DNA of 64,000 bases from Armatimonadota bacterium (GCA_052033935.1 JBPOJE010000011.1:139814-203813), one strand, 5' to 3'. Positions 47,204 to 57,306 are shown, counted from the stretch's first letter. Notes: generated from the sequence alone by a model not told the origin. Program-made: numbers and translations.

Positions 47204-47912
47204 CACCGAAAGCACCGAAAACCGAGCCTTCGCTGACGGCCGGACTCACCGCCCGACTCCGGTGGCCACGAGACGCCCACGAGGGGCTATGCTACAGGTT
47301 CTTCTCTGTGCTCCGGACTGCCACCACGCATGTTTCCGGGCTTCGGCCCGTCGTTCCAGAGAACTCCGAGCCGAAGCACAGTCCCGTTGTGATGGCGCGT
47401 GAGATGCCTCACGCGCCCGCGCTTTCACGCCCGCTTCGGGGAGACGATGACACCGTCGAACACGGCCGCGTTCGACTGAACCCGGCACCCGCGGCCCACC
47501 ACGCAGCGCTCGATGCAGGTGTCGCGCAGAACCGCCGCCTCCGGCCACAGGATGCTCTGGCGAACAGTGGCGCCCGATTCGACCACGCAGCCATCGGCGA
47601 GCACGGAATACTCCTGCACGTGCGCCCCGGCCTCGATGCGGCAGTTGTTGCCGATGACGACCGGATACTCAATCTTCGCGGTCGGGTCTATTTCGACATT
47701 CTCCCCCATCCAGACGTACTTGCGCGCCTCTTTGTAAGGGAGATTGAGCGTAATGCGCCCGTCCAGCACGTCGTAGTGCGTCTGGCGGTATTCCGTCAGA
47801 TTGCCGATATCGCGCCAGTAGCTGGACGTGAGGTGTCCGTACAGCCGCATCTTGCGCTCGATCAACAGGGGCAGAAGGTCTTTGCCGAATCCGTACATCA
47901 CGCCCTTCGGGA
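47195..47912. repeat. Segmental duplicate (copy 2) of 41894-42512
   Basis: See copy 1. Covers the 3' part of the intact pyrophosphorylase gene and its downstream sequence up to the RAYT-proximal REP. Confidence 0.8.
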
Positions 47913-48459
47913 TCAGCTCGAGCACAGCGGGTTCGAGGAAGTACACCCCCGTGTTGGCGGCGTTCGAGAACATGCTGCTGCCCCTGGGCTTCTCGACGAA
48001 ACGGGTGATGCGTCCCCGCTCGTTGACGAGCGCGATGCCGTACTCGGACGGGTCCTCGACGAGAGACAGCGCGATAGTGCACAGCGCCCTCTTCTCTTTG
48101 TGATTGCTCAGAATGCGGGTGAGGTCGAAGTCCGAGATGTCGTCGCCGCCGATGACAACAAACGTGTCGTCGAAGAAGTCCTCGGCCCGCTTCACGCTAC
48201 CCGCGTCGCCCCACAGCCTGTCCTCCTCGGCATAGGTGAGGCGCACACCCAGGCGTGATCCGTCTCCCAGGGCCTTCTTGATCTGCCCTCCAAGATAGTG
48301 CAGGTTCACCATAATCTCGTTGAACCCGTGGCGGGCGAGCAGATGCAAGATATGCTCGATGTTCGGCTGGTTCACAATCGGGACCAGCGGCTTCGGGGTA
48401 TTGCGGGTGAGGGGATCGAGCCGGCTGCCAACTCCAGCCGCCAGAATCATGGCCTTCAC
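47425..48459 (-). CDS. NDP-sugar pyrophosphorylase (mannose-1-phosphate guanylyltransferase-like) with C-terminal left-handed beta-helix
   Basis: MKAMILAAGVGSRLDPLTRNTPKPLVPIV is a nucleotidyltransferase G-rich loop. Hexapeptide repeats at the C-terminus. Confidence 0.9.
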   Translation of the reverse strand: MKAMILAAGVGSRLDPLTRNTPKPLVPIVNQPNIEHILHLLARHGFNEIMVNLHYLGGQIKKALGDGSRLGVRLTYAEEDRLWGDAGSVKRAEDFFDDTFVVIGGDDISDFDLTRILSNHKEKRALCTIALSLVEDPSEYGIALVNERGRITRFVEKPRGSSMFSNAANTGVYFLEPAVLELIPKGVMYGFGKDLLPLLIERKMRLYGHLTSSYWRDIGNLTEYRQTHYDVLDGRITLNLPYKEARKYVWMGENVEIDPTAKIEYPVVIGNNCRIEAGAHVQEYSVLADGCVVESGATVRQSILWPEAAVLRDTCIERCVVGRGCRVQSNAAVFDGVIVSPKRA

Positions 48460-48561
48460 AGTGACGGACCTCCTATCGAAAAGAAACCTTGCGGCGCGCG
48501 GCCGCTTTACACATTATCGGCTTTTGCTGACGGGCCTCCGCAGGGAACCAGAAGCTTCGCG

Positions 48562-49671
48562 TCAGGCGTGGGCTTTCTGGAACCGCAACACGCTTTCGGC
48601 GACACGCCGGACACTGTCGTCGGGAAGCTCGGGATAGACAGGCAGCGAAAGCACTTCACGGCAGGTCTTCTCGGCCTCGGGCATGTCACCCGGCTTGTAG
48701 CCGAACTTCGCGTAGGCGGGCTGAATGTGCAGCGGGCCCGGATAGTACACCGCGGAGTCTATCCCATCGGCGGCAAGGTGCTGCTTGAGGTCGTCGCGGC
48801 GTTCCCCGCGGAGCGTGTACTGGTGCCACACATGCTCGTCGCCGGGGAGTTCGCAGGGGAGCGCGAGACCGCATCCTTCCAGCATTTCGTTGTAGATGGC
48901 GGCGTGCCTGCGGCGGGCGCCGTTCCATTCGGCGAGCCGCTTCAGCTTGACGCGCAGTATGGCGGCCTGAACCTCGTCGAGGCGGCTGCACCAGCCCGCG
49001 CACTGATAGTCGTATGTGCCGCCCGAGCCATGGAAGCGCAGCAACTTCACCTTCTCCGCCACATCGGTGTCGTTTGTGAGCACCATCCCGCCGTCGCCGA
49101 ACGCGCCCAGATTCTTGGTGGGGAAGAACGAGAGCGTTGCGGCATCGCCGAACGCGCCGAGCGCCTTGCCGCGATGCTTCGCGCCGATGGCCTGCGCGCC
49201 GTCGGCGATGAGCTTGAGGCCGTGCGTTTTCGCTATCGCCTCCAGCGCGGTCATGTCCGCCATCTGGCCGTACAGATGCACGGGCAGGATGGCGCGGGTT
49301 TTGGGTGTGATGCTGGCCTCCACCTGAGTAGCGTCCAGGTTGAAAGTGCGCGGATCTATGTCAACGTACACCGGGGCCCCGCCGATCTGAACGATGGTTT
49401 CGGTCGTGGCGACAAACGTGAACGGCGTCGTGATGACCTCGTCCCCGGGACCGACGCCGCAGGCGGCAAGGGCGAGCATAATCGCGTCGGTTCCGCTGGC
49501 GACAGCCACCGCATGCGCGGCCCCGTTCCTGGCGGCCAGTTCTTCTTCGAGAGTGGTGACATTGGGCCCCAGTATGAAGCGGCAGGACTGGAGCACTTCT
49601 TCGAGCACGGCGGACAGCTCACCGTGCAGGGACTGTACCTGAGCCTGGAGATCAGCCATATGAATGCGCAT
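48562..49671 (-). CDS. DegT/DnrJ/EryC1/StrS family sugar aminotransferase
   Basis: PLP fold with conserved lysine context (SFFPTKNLGAFGDGGMV) and family-typical sequence throughout. Confidence 0.9.
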   Translation of the reverse strand: MRIHMADLQAQVQSLHGELSAVLEEVLQSCRFILGPNVTTLEEELAARNGAAHAVAVASGTDAIMLALAACGVGPGDEVITTPFTFVATTETIVQIGGAPVYVDIDPRTFNLDATQVEASITPKTRAILPVHLYGQMADMTALEAIAKTHGLKLIADGAQAIGAKHRGKALGAFGDAATLSFFPTKNLGAFGDGGMVLTNDTDVAEKVKLLRFHGSGGTYDYQCAGWCSRLDEVQAAILRVKLKRLAEWNGARRRHAAIYNEMLEGCGLALPCELPGDEHVWHQYTLRGERRDDLKQHLAADGIDSAVYYPGPLHIQPAYAKFGYKPGDMPEAEKTCREVLSLPVYPELPDDSVRRVAESVLRFQKAHA

Positions 49672-49677
49672 GACGGC

Positions 49678-50790
49678 TTATGCGGACCTTTCTGAATTGC
49701 CGACGATCCGCGTTCCGAAGCCGATGCGGCTTCCGGAAGCCAGCACCGCCCGCGCGGATATGGCGACGTTGTCTTCAATGAACACGTCGCTGTCAATGAT
49801 GCAGCCGCTGAGGTGAACGCTCTTGCCGATCGAGACATTGTCCAGAACAACGCTGTCCTCGAGCACCGAGCCTTCCTGAATGCTGCAGCCCGCGCCCACA
49901 CTAGTGTAGCCCTTGAGTTCGACATTGGCCTGAATCTGGACGCGATGCCCCACGTGAACTGTGGGCTCGATCATCACGTCGCTGCCGATCATCGCGTCGC
50001 CCGACTGATACCAGCCGCCCGGGGCGCGTTCGCCGGCGATATCCGCCGCCACGTCGCCGCTCAGCAGGGCGCGGTGCGCCTCAAGGTACTGCGGCGGACG
50101 CCCAATGTCCAGCCAGTAGCCGGTTGCCTCGGTCGCATAGATGCCCTTGTCTCCGGCGGCGAAGGACGGGAAGAGCTGGCGCTCAAACGAGTAGGGTGTT
50201 TCGGCCGGGACATCCTGGAAGATGGTCGAATCGAGCACGTACATGCCCGCGTTGATCAACTCGGTTCCTTCCTGCTCCACAATGCCATGGGCAAGCTTGC
50301 GCTTCTGCTCTTCGCTCGGCTCGCGGAACTCCCTTACCTTGCCCGCCTCGTCGGTGATAATGACTCCGTACGGGCTCGGCGAGGGCACGCGATAGAGGGT
50401 CAGCGTAATCCGTGAACCGCTCTTTCGATGGAAGTCGCTCACTGCGGTCAGGTCGAAATCGGTGAGCACATCACCGTTGAAGATCAGGAGCGTGTCATCC
50501 TCGAAGAACTCCTCGGCGTTCTTGACCGCTCCCGCAGTCCCGAGGGGCACCTCTTCGATGGCGTAGCGCATCTTGACCCCGAACGCGGAGCCGTCTCCGA
50601 AATGCGCCTGGATCATCTCGGCCATATAGTTCGTGCAGAAGATGATCTCGGTGATGCCGTGCCTGCGCAGCAGCTCGACCTGGTACTCAAGAAACGGCTT
50701 GTTGACAACCGGGACGATCGGCTTGGGGCGGAGATAAGTCAGCGGACGAAGACGGGTACCCGGCCCGCCAGCGATAATGACACCCTTCAT
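49678..50790 (-). CDS. Sugar-phosphate nucleotidyltransferase with LbH domain
   Basis: MKGVIIAGGPGTRLRPLTYLRPKPIVPV. C-terminal hexapeptide repeats. ATG 50790; an upstream GTG alternative lies at 50826. Confidence 0.85.
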   Translation of the reverse strand: MKGVIIAGGPGTRLRPLTYLRPKPIVPVVNKPFLEYQVELLRRHGITEIIFCTNYMAEMIQAHFGDGSAFGVKMRYAIEEVPLGTAGAVKNAEEFFEDDTLLIFNGDVLTDFDLTAVSDFHRKSGSRITLTLYRVPSPSPYGVIITDEAGKVREFREPSEEQKRKLAHGIVEQEGTELINAGMYVLDSTIFQDVPAETPYSFERQLFPSFAAGDKGIYATEATGYWLDIGRPPQYLEAHRALLSGDVAADIAGERAPGGWYQSGDAMIGSDVMIEPTVHVGHRVQIQANVELKGYTSVGAGCSIQEGSVLEDSVVLDNVSIGKSVHLSGCIIDSDVFIEDNVAISARAVLASGSRIGFGTRIVGNSERSA

Positions 50791-51059
50791 ATTGCGCGCA
50801 TGCACCTCTGGAGCAAAATGTTTCACGGCTGCGCCCGTACAGGCTGCCGGTCAGGGGTGTTATACCCCGAAACCGCCCAAGTCTGCACCTGCGGCGCCCG
50901 CCGGAAAGCCCCGGCAAGTGACGCGCTGCCTTCAGATTCCCTTGTCCGGACCAGCGTCCGCGCCATCGAGCCCAGACGATTCCGTGATATCCATCATTGT
51001 CAATCCTTCCTGGAACTCTGTCTTGTACGCTATGATACGCTCGCGAGGAGAAGCAGGCG

Positions 51060-52037
51060 ATGGGCAGGGTCAGAATCGGTTTTGTTGGAGCAGGAGGCAT
51101 GGGGCAGTGCGCGCATCTGCGCAACTACGTGACCGTGCCGGACTGCGAAGTGGTTGCCCTTGCCGAGATCCGGCCGAAGCTAAGACAGGCGATTGCCGGG
51201 CGCTACGGCATTGCGAAGGTGTACGCAAACGCGCGGGAGATGATCGAGGCGGAGAAGCTGGACGGAATCGTCGCGTCGCAGCCGTTCAACCGTCACGGCG
51301 TGATCGTGCCGGAGATTCTTGGGGCCGGGGTTCCGGTGTTCACCGAGAAGCCGCTTGCTGCGTCGGTGGAGGTGGGCGAACGCATTGTGGACGCGGTGGC
51401 GAAGAGCGGCACGTGGCACATGGTCGGCTATCACAAGCGCAGTGACCCCGCCAGCATGTTCGCGAGGGTGGAAATCGAGCGGCTGAAGGCATCGGGCGAG
51501 CTTGGCGGGCTGAAGTACGTGCGGATTCTGATGCCCGCCGGCATCGGACATGGACGAGGCAACCTTCCGCGCTTACACGGACTTCGTGAACTACTACATT
51601 CACCAGGTGAACCTGCTGCGCTTCTTCCTGGGCGAAAACTACAGGGTCACGTATGCCGAGCCGACCCGTCGGGCGTGATGCTGGCGGCGGTCAGCGAATC
51701 GGGCGTCGCGGGTGTTATCGAGATGTCACCGTATCAGACGACGGTGGACTGGCAGGAGTCGGCGCTGATCGCGTTCGAGCGCGGATGGATCCGGGTGGAC
51801 CTTCCCGCGCCGCTCGCGAGCAACCTGCCGGGCACGGTAACGATGTACCGCGACCCCGGAGACACTCCGCCTGTGGCGATCACCCCTCAGCTTCCGTGGA
51901 TTCACGCTATGCGCCAGCAGGCGATCAACTTCGTCGCGGCGATACGGGGCCAGGCAAGGCTGCCGTGCGAGGCAGCGGAGGCTCTTGAAGACCTGCGCGC
52001 CGCCCGCGAGTACATCCGGCTGCTGAAAGGTAGCTAG
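51060..52037 (+). CDS. Gfo/Idh/MocA family oxidoreductase (apparent compensating double frameshift at ~51545-51680)
   Basis: Rossmann N-terminus MGRVRIGFVGAGGMGQ. The middle ~45 codons of the annotated frame (GIGHGRGNLPRLHGLRELLHSPGEPAALLPGRKLQGHVCRA) are not protein-like. The +1 frame over the same DNA gives DEATFRAYTDFVNYYIHQVNLLRFFLGENYRVTYAEP, which fits the Gfo/Idh/MocA C-domain. Confidence 0.75.
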   Translation: MGRVRIGFVGAGGMGQCAHLRNYVTVPDCEVVALAEIRPKLRQAIAGRYGIAKVYANAREMIEAEKLDGIVASQPFNRHGVIVPEILGAGVPVFTEKPLAASVEVGERIVDAVAKSGTWHMVGYHKRSDPASMFARVEIERLKASGELGGLKYVRILMPAGIGHGRGNLPRLHGLRELLHSPGEPAALLPGRKLQGHVCRADPSGVMLAAVSESGVAGVIEMSPYQTTVDWQESALIAFERGWIRVDLPAPLASNLPGTVTMYRDPGDTPPVAITPQLPWIHAMRQQAINFVAAIRGQARLPCEAAEALEDLRAAREYIRLLKGS

Positions 52038-53188
52038 CCGCCCTCGAACGCCGCGTCAATCTCGCCCGTGACGTCCAGGTCGGTCTCGTTGCGCTTCGCC
52101 AGCCGCAGGGCGTCGCGGGCGTCCGCACCGCCGATCTCCCCGAGCGCCCAGGCGGCGTGCGCGCGCACCATGGCGCTGCGGTCGCGCAGGAGCGCCCGCG
52201 CGAGTGCCGGAACGGAGGAGAGGTCTTTGAGATTGCCGAGGGCGATGCAGGCGTTGCGGCGCAGGCGGTTGCGCCCGATCCAGCCCGCAGCCCCGTGCCG
52301 CAGGGTTGCGGTGTAATCCGCCTTTGACATATGCAGCAGGGCAATCAGGTCAGGCGCGGCGGGCATGGGGCCGGGCTCGAAGTCCGCGGGGCTGCCCTGC
52401 AGCGCGCCGGCGTTCTGCGGGCAGACCTCCTGGCAGATGTCGCAGCCGTAGATCATCCGTCCCATCGAACGGCGCAGGGGCCGCGGGATGATTCCGCTCA
52501 TCTGCGTGAGGTGCGAGATGCAGCGGTGGATGTCGACCTGGAACGGCGCGGCGATGGCCTCGTTTGGGCAGGCGGCCATGCAGAGACCGCACGAACCGCA
52601 CCTGTCAGTATCGAGCGGAGGATCAAAAGGCAGCGCGGCGTCGGTGATGATCTCGCCCAGCACGACCCAGCTTCCGTAGTCCGGAACGATGATGCAGGCG
52701 TTGCGTCCGAACCACCCCAGCCCACTCGCAAGCGCGGCCGCGCGGTCGAGAAGCGGGTCGGTATCGTGCAGAATGAGCGCGCCGGAGCCGGGGGCGAGTT
52801 CCTGCAGGTACCCGGTGATGAGCGTCAGCTTCTCGTGCAGCGCCTCGTGATAGTCCCTGCCCCGCGCAAAGCGCGCGACCTCCCCGGTCAGCCCGCCCGC
52901 GCTATGCGGGGACGCCTCAGCCGGGCGCAGATACGGCAGCGCGCAGCAGATGAGTGTCCTTGCGCCTTCCAGCAGGCGCTCAGGATGCGTGAAGCGATCC
53001 TCGCACCCTTCTGTCAGCCCGTACTCGCCGAGGAAGCCGACAGCGATCCGCTTTCGCAGATGCTCTTCGGCTTCCGCCAGATGCGCCGCCGGGCCGATGG
53101 CGAGGCCCGCGAGTCCGATCTCGCGGGCGTACGCTTTCAGCGAGGCTGCGGCCTCAGGCGCTCCCGTAATGCTTCCGGTTGAACTCAT
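52034..53188 (-). CDS. queG: Epoxyqueuosine reductase
   Basis: Two 4Fe-4S motifs CGSCGLCMAACP and CDICQEVCP. HEAT-like C-terminus. Start MSSTGSITGAPEAAASLKAYAREIGL (ATG 53188) overlaps the upstream gene by 35 nt. Confidence 0.8.
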   Translation of the reverse strand: MSSTGSITGAPEAAASLKAYAREIGLAGLAIGPAAHLAEAEEHLRKRIAVGFLGEYGLTEGCEDRFTHPERLLEGARTLICCALPYLRPAEASPHSAGGLTGEVARFARGRDYHEALHEKLTLITGYLQELAPGSGALILHDTDPLLDRAAALASGLGWFGRNACIIVPDYGSWVVLGEIITDAALPFDPPLDTDRCGSCGLCMAACPNEAIAAPFQVDIHRCISHLTQMSGIIPRPLRRSMGRMIYGCDICQEVCPQNAGALQGSPADFEPGPMPAAPDLIALLHMSKADYTATLRHGAAGWIGRNRLRRNACIALGNLKDLSSVPALARALLRDRSAMVRAHAAWALGEIGGADARDALRLAKRNETDLDVTGEIDAAFEGG

Positions 53189-54232
53189 CGAGAAGCTCCA
53201 GGGCGAACCTGTAGTTCTCAAGCGACACCGTCGGCGGCACCGAGTGATCTGAGTGGAAGATGTACCCGCCGTCGGTCGCCACAGCCTCGAGTTTGCCCGT
53301 AACCTCCTCGCGAATGTCCTCCTTCGTGCCGGAGAGCTTGCGGATGTCCATGTTCCCGAAGAAGACGATATCGCGCCCGTGAATCTGCCGAAGCTCGCGG
53401 ACATCCTGCTGGCACTTGGCTTCCAGCGGCTGGATGGCCGCGAACCCGGCTTCGATGAACTTCGGAATCAGCGACTTGATCTGCCCGCACGAGTGCAGGA
53501 TTACGGGCTTGCCCAGACCGTTGAAGAAGTCGCACATCTTCTTGTGCGCAGGGAAAAGAAGCTCTTCGTAGCACTGCGGCGAAAAGAGCGTGCCGTTGCG
53601 GTAGCCGACATCTCCGCAGAACCACGCGCCGTCGAAGTCTATGCCTGCGTCGAGCGCCTGCTGCGCCAGCGATATCAGCAGGCCGGTGTAGGTCATAAAG
53701 ACGTCCTTCACAACCTCCGGCTCGTCCATCATCATAGTGAAGATGTTCACCTGTCCGAATACCGGCCAAGCGGACTCGTACGCCTCCACGCCGCCCCAGT
53801 AAACAAAACGCCCCTTTGCGCGCTGGGCTTCGTAGATGTCCTTCATCGCGCCGTTAATGCGGTCGGGCGCGGCGGTGAGGCGCTCCTTGTAGCGGTACCA
53901 GTCGGCACCGTTGTTGAGCGTGTACGAGAGCCATTGCGGGGTGTGCCCGGACTCTCCGCGCCAGTCCTTGCGCTCCACGCCGTTGGCGTCCCGCCGGTGA
54001 TAGTAGGTCTCTGCCTCCTCGATCATCTCCTCCGGAAGCCGCAGCGAGATGTCGCACCAGGGCAGCCCAGCCAGATCGTACCCGAACATGTCGGCCAGAT
54101 CCATGTTCTCGGGAAGACCCTGCTGCGCCACTCTACCACTGTCTCGGACCAGGGACTCTCGGCACGCCCGATCTTGTCGGGGCGCTCGCCCCTGAGTGTC
54201 GCCAGAATCCGCTCTCTGCCCATCATTTGCAC
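53154..54232 (-). CDS. Uroporphyrinogen decarboxylase (URO-D) family protein, apparent 1-nt frameshift near 54135
   Basis: ORF 54023-54232 gives MQMMGRERILATLRGERPDKIGRAESPWSETVVEWRS, a URO-D-type N-terminus, with GGGGAGG RBS. The long ORF 53154-54449, in another frame, continues GLPENMDLADMFGYDLAG...FHSDHSVPPTVSLENYRFALELLDEFN. The two frames meet at cgcagcagggtcttcc (a G-run). Confidence 0.7.
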
Positions 54233-54345
54233 AAATCCTCCCCGGGACCATTGTAGCAGGCGAGGCAGGCTTTGCGGAACAGGCAGGAGTCGGGGCAGCG
54301 TCAGATGTAGTAATCAGCAACCTGGAGGAGTCCAGCCGGAAGGGA

Positions 54346-54741
54346 ATGCCACACACACCGAGAAAACATCTGCTGCCCGTGGAGGACACGCTGGCGGCGC
54401 TCGACGAGACGGTGACGGCGCTCAGCAAGTGCGCGGTTGATTTCAGCACGCGCGTGGACGACGATGACGCTCCCTGCCTGTATCAGTGGCACAAGCTGGA
54501 GAAGGCGGCTCGCGCGCTGATGCAGGCGCGCGCGATCGAGAACGAATCGCTCGCGGCGGTGTCAGTGCTGAGCGCGGAGAAGGAGCTGATATCCCGCGCT
54601 GTGGCTCTGATGGACTGCATGCGCGTCACGGCCGGTGGAAAGGACCCTCCCGCGCCGAATCTTCGCCAGCCGGGGCGCAAGACGAGCAAGCATCCGTGGG
54701 GACAGGCACGGACAGACGAGGGAGACTCAGATGGCTTCTAG
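54346..54741 (+). CDS. Hypothetical protein
   Basis: ORF with moderately protein-like composition. Start uncertain. Confidence 0.35.
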   Translation: MPHTPRKHLLPVEDTLAALDETVTALSKCAVDFSTRVDDDDAPCLYQWHKLEKAARALMQARAIENESLAAVSVLSAEKELISRAVALMDCMRVTAGGKDPPAPNLRQPGRKTSKHPWGQARTDEGDSDGF

Positions 54742-55021
54742 CGACAGGCGGCTCGAGGCGACTGTCAGCGGGCGCGTGCAGAACGTGGGCTACCGCTACT
54801 TTGTGCAGATGGCGGCCATCGGGCTGCACATCAACGGGCGCGTGGCGAATGCGCCGGGCGGCCGAGTGAGCATTATCGCCGAAGGCCCGACGGACGCGCT
54901 GGAGCAGTTTATATCGGCGATGTGGCAGGGCCCTCGCTCCGCGCACGTTGACAGGGTGGAGGAGATCTGGTCGGACGCTACGGGAGAGTTCTCGGAGTTC
55001 GCGCTCGGCCCGGATCTGTAG
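54731..55021 (+). CDS. acyP: Acylphosphatase
   Basis: VSGRVQNVGYRYFVQMAAIGLHINGRVANAPGGRVSIIAEG matches the acylphosphatase signatures. GAGGGAG RBS. Confidence 0.85.
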   Translation: MASSDRRLEATVSGRVQNVGYRYFVQMAAIGLHINGRVANAPGGRVSIIAEGPTDALEQFISAMWQGPRSAHVDRVEEIWSDATGEFSEFALGPDL

Positions 55022-55044
55022 GTCGCGCCGGCGAGCGGAGATAG

Positions 55045-55257
55045 ATGCCGGGCCAACACACGGTTCTACTGCTGATAGCGGGCGGCGCAGTCATACTGGC
55101 GCTGCTCGGCGCGGCCGTGTGGGCGATGGCGGTTCTTTCGCGCGCTGTCGCCCGGTTCGGCCGCGCTGTGGACGAAAGCGAACGCAAGCTGGACGAGATC
55201 AGGACGCGGATGGACGCGCTTTCCGGCAAAGAGCCTCCGGACAAGGACGACGCCTGA
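55045..55257 (+). CDS. Small membrane protein
   Basis: GGAG RBS. Single TM segment VLLLIAGGAVILALLGAAVWAMAVL plus a charged tail. Confidence 0.45.
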   Translation: MPGQHTVLLLIAGGAVILALLGAAVWAMAVLSRAVARFGRAVDESERKLDEIRTRMDALSGKEPPDKDDA

Positions 55258-55293
55258 CGCCTCCCGTCATTCCGCGGAATGACCGGGGCTGTT

Positions 55294-56439
55294 CTAGCGT
55301 TCCCGCGCTTCGCGGAGAGGCAAGCTCACGGTCACGCGCTTGCCGTCGCGCCAGAGCACGACCTTCATCGTCCCCCCCACTCGCACCTGCACGAACGCGG
55401 CGACGACATCGTCGGCATCCTCGACATCCCGGCCATCAATCTGCAAAATCACATCCTCCGGCTCGATGCCCGCCTGCGCGGCGGGGCTTCCCGTCTCCAC
55501 GCGCACGATTCGGGCGCCCGACGCCGACTGAAGCCTCAGACGCGCGGCATCGCGGCGGGTGACATCCTGAACGTAGAAGCCCGGCCACGGACGCCGCACC
55601 TTGCCGTAGGTCTCGATCTCTTTCACCACCCAGCGGATTGTGGAGGCGGGCGTCGCGAAGCCGATTCCCTGCGCCTCCGAGATGATGGCGGTGTTCAGCC
55701 CGATCACCTCACCGGCCAAGCTGCACAGCGGGCCGCCGGAGTTGCCGGGGTTGATAGCCGCGTCGGTCTGGATCATGTTCTGCAAAGCGGCACCGGAGGG
55801 AGAGCGCAGCATGCGGCCCGTGGCGCTGACCACGCCCACCGTCACCGAGTTCTTGAACCCGAACGGGTTGCCGATGGCGACCACCCACGAGCCGATGGGC
55901 GGGGTTTCGTCGTCGGCGATCTTCACCTCGGGCAGATTCTGCCCTTCAATCTTCAGCACAGCGAGATCACTAGAAGGGTCGCTGCCGAGAACCTTCGCCT
56001 CGAACGTCTGCCTGTTCGGCAGCGAGACGTTGATCTTTGCCGCCCGGTCAATGACGTGATGATTTGTAAGCACCAGGCCCCGCTTACCGTCTATGATAAC
56101 GCCCGACCCCTGTCCTGCCGGCACCTCCTGGGCCTGACGCTCGCCGAAGAATCCGAAGGGATCGCCGAATGAATAGACATAGCGTGTTGCTGTAGTGTCA
56201 ATATTCACGACCGCCGGCCCGGCGCTGCGGATGGCGGCAATCACCGGCCCTGCCGCGCCGGTGGTCTCGGCGTTCTGCGCAGCAGCCAGCGACAGGCTCC
56301 CGGGAGAACTGCCGGAGACCGTCCACCGTGCCCTGGCTTCGGACGCCGCGCGTCCGGCTGCACGGGCGCCGATGTAGCCGCCCGCCGCCGCCACGGCAAA
56401 AACGAGTATGAGCAGACCGATGATATGAGGTTTCTTCAT
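55294..56439 (-). CDS. HtrA/DegP-family serine protease with PDZ domain
   Basis: Catalytic triad context (TNHHVI, DLAVLKI, GNSGGPL) and PDZ segment. Signal-anchor MKKPHIIGLLILVFAVAAAGG. Confidence 0.95.
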   Translation of the reverse strand: MKKPHIIGLLILVFAVAAAGGYIGARAAGRAASEARARWTVSGSSPGSLSLAAAQNAETTGAAGPVIAAIRSAGPAVVNIDTTATRYVYSFGDPFGFFGERQAQEVPAGQGSGVIIDGKRGLVLTNHHVIDRAAKINVSLPNRQTFEAKVLGSDPSSDLAVLKIEGQNLPEVKIADDETPPIGSWVVAIGNPFGFKNSVTVGVVSATGRMLRSPSGAALQNMIQTDAAINPGNSGGPLCSLAGEVIGLNTAIISEAQGIGFATPASTIRWVVKEIETYGKVRRPWPGFYVQDVTRRDAARLRLQSASGARIVRVETGSPAAQAGIEPEDVILQIDGRDVEDADDVVAAFVQVRVGGTMKVVLWRDGKRVTVSLPLREARER

Positions 56440-56524
56440 TGGTTTCCCGCTGTGGTTTTCGAATTAGACCCCGCGCGGCCCCGATTTGTTATAATACGCG
56501 ACGAGGCACCCGAAGGAGGCTGAC

Positions 56525-57301
56525 ATGAAGTTTCGCGCGGGGCGCGGTGGGTTCACGCTCATCGAGCTTCTTGTTACCATTGCCATTATTGCCATTCTCG
56601 CCGCAATCCTCTTCCCGGTGTTCGCACAGGCTCGGGAACGCGCGCGAACTGCTTCCTGCGTCAACAACCTGCACCAGATCGGACTGGCGCTCATTCAGTA
56701 TGCGGACGACTGGAACAACACGGTTCCTTTCGCCTGTGACGCGGAGGACAGGCACGATTGCCCCAAAGCAACGCTGGCGCGCTTCCCATATCTGTGGGAC
56801 TCGTACACGAAGGGCAACGAAGTGTGGCGGGACCCGTCGGACAAGGGCCTGCGGTGGCGCAGGTCTGACCAGGGCGGCACGGGATGGCCGGTCGTGACGA
56901 AGAACCTCTACAGGGTGACAAAGGCCAGCTCGCCCTACGACCACGGGTCGAGCTACACCTACCGCACCGCGCTGGTCATCAAGAACTGGGACTCCCTGTA
57001 CGGCGGCGGGAGCATTCCGCCGCAGAACATCCGCCCCACGAAGCTGTCCCAGATTCCGAACCCCTCGCGGGCCATAGTAGTGATGGACCCGCTGCAGTAT
57101 TCCGAGAGCAACCCGCCCGGCCCGGAAGCGTGGAACGCGCAGTGGCACGTGTTGAAATACCCGATGATGGGCTGGAATGTCGTGTGGGCGGACGGACACT
57201 CCAAAATGATCAACAAGGAGGAGATGTTCCACCCGAAGGATGACCCCAACGGACGCTGGCTGATGGGAGACTACTTCATCCGTCCGGAGTATCCGAACTG
57301 A
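56525..57301 (+). CDS. DUF1559 (H-X9-DG) prepilin-type N-terminal cleavage/methylation domain protein
   Basis: [59 protein letters not shown]...[27 protein letters not shown]. Confidence 0.9.
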   Translation: MKFRAGRGGFTLIELLVTIAIIAILAAILFPVFAQARERARTASCVNNLHQIGLALIQYADDWNNTVPFACDAEDRHDCPKATLARFPYLWDSYTKGNEVWRDPSDKGLRWRRSDQGGTGWPVVTKNLYRVTKASSPYDHGSSYTYRTALVIKNWDSLYGGGSIPPQNIRPTKLSQIPNPSRAIVVMDPLQYSESNPPGPEAWNAQWHVLKYPMMGWNVVWADGHSKMINKEEMFHPKDDPNGRWLMGDYFIRPEYPN

Positions 57302-57306
57302 GCAGT

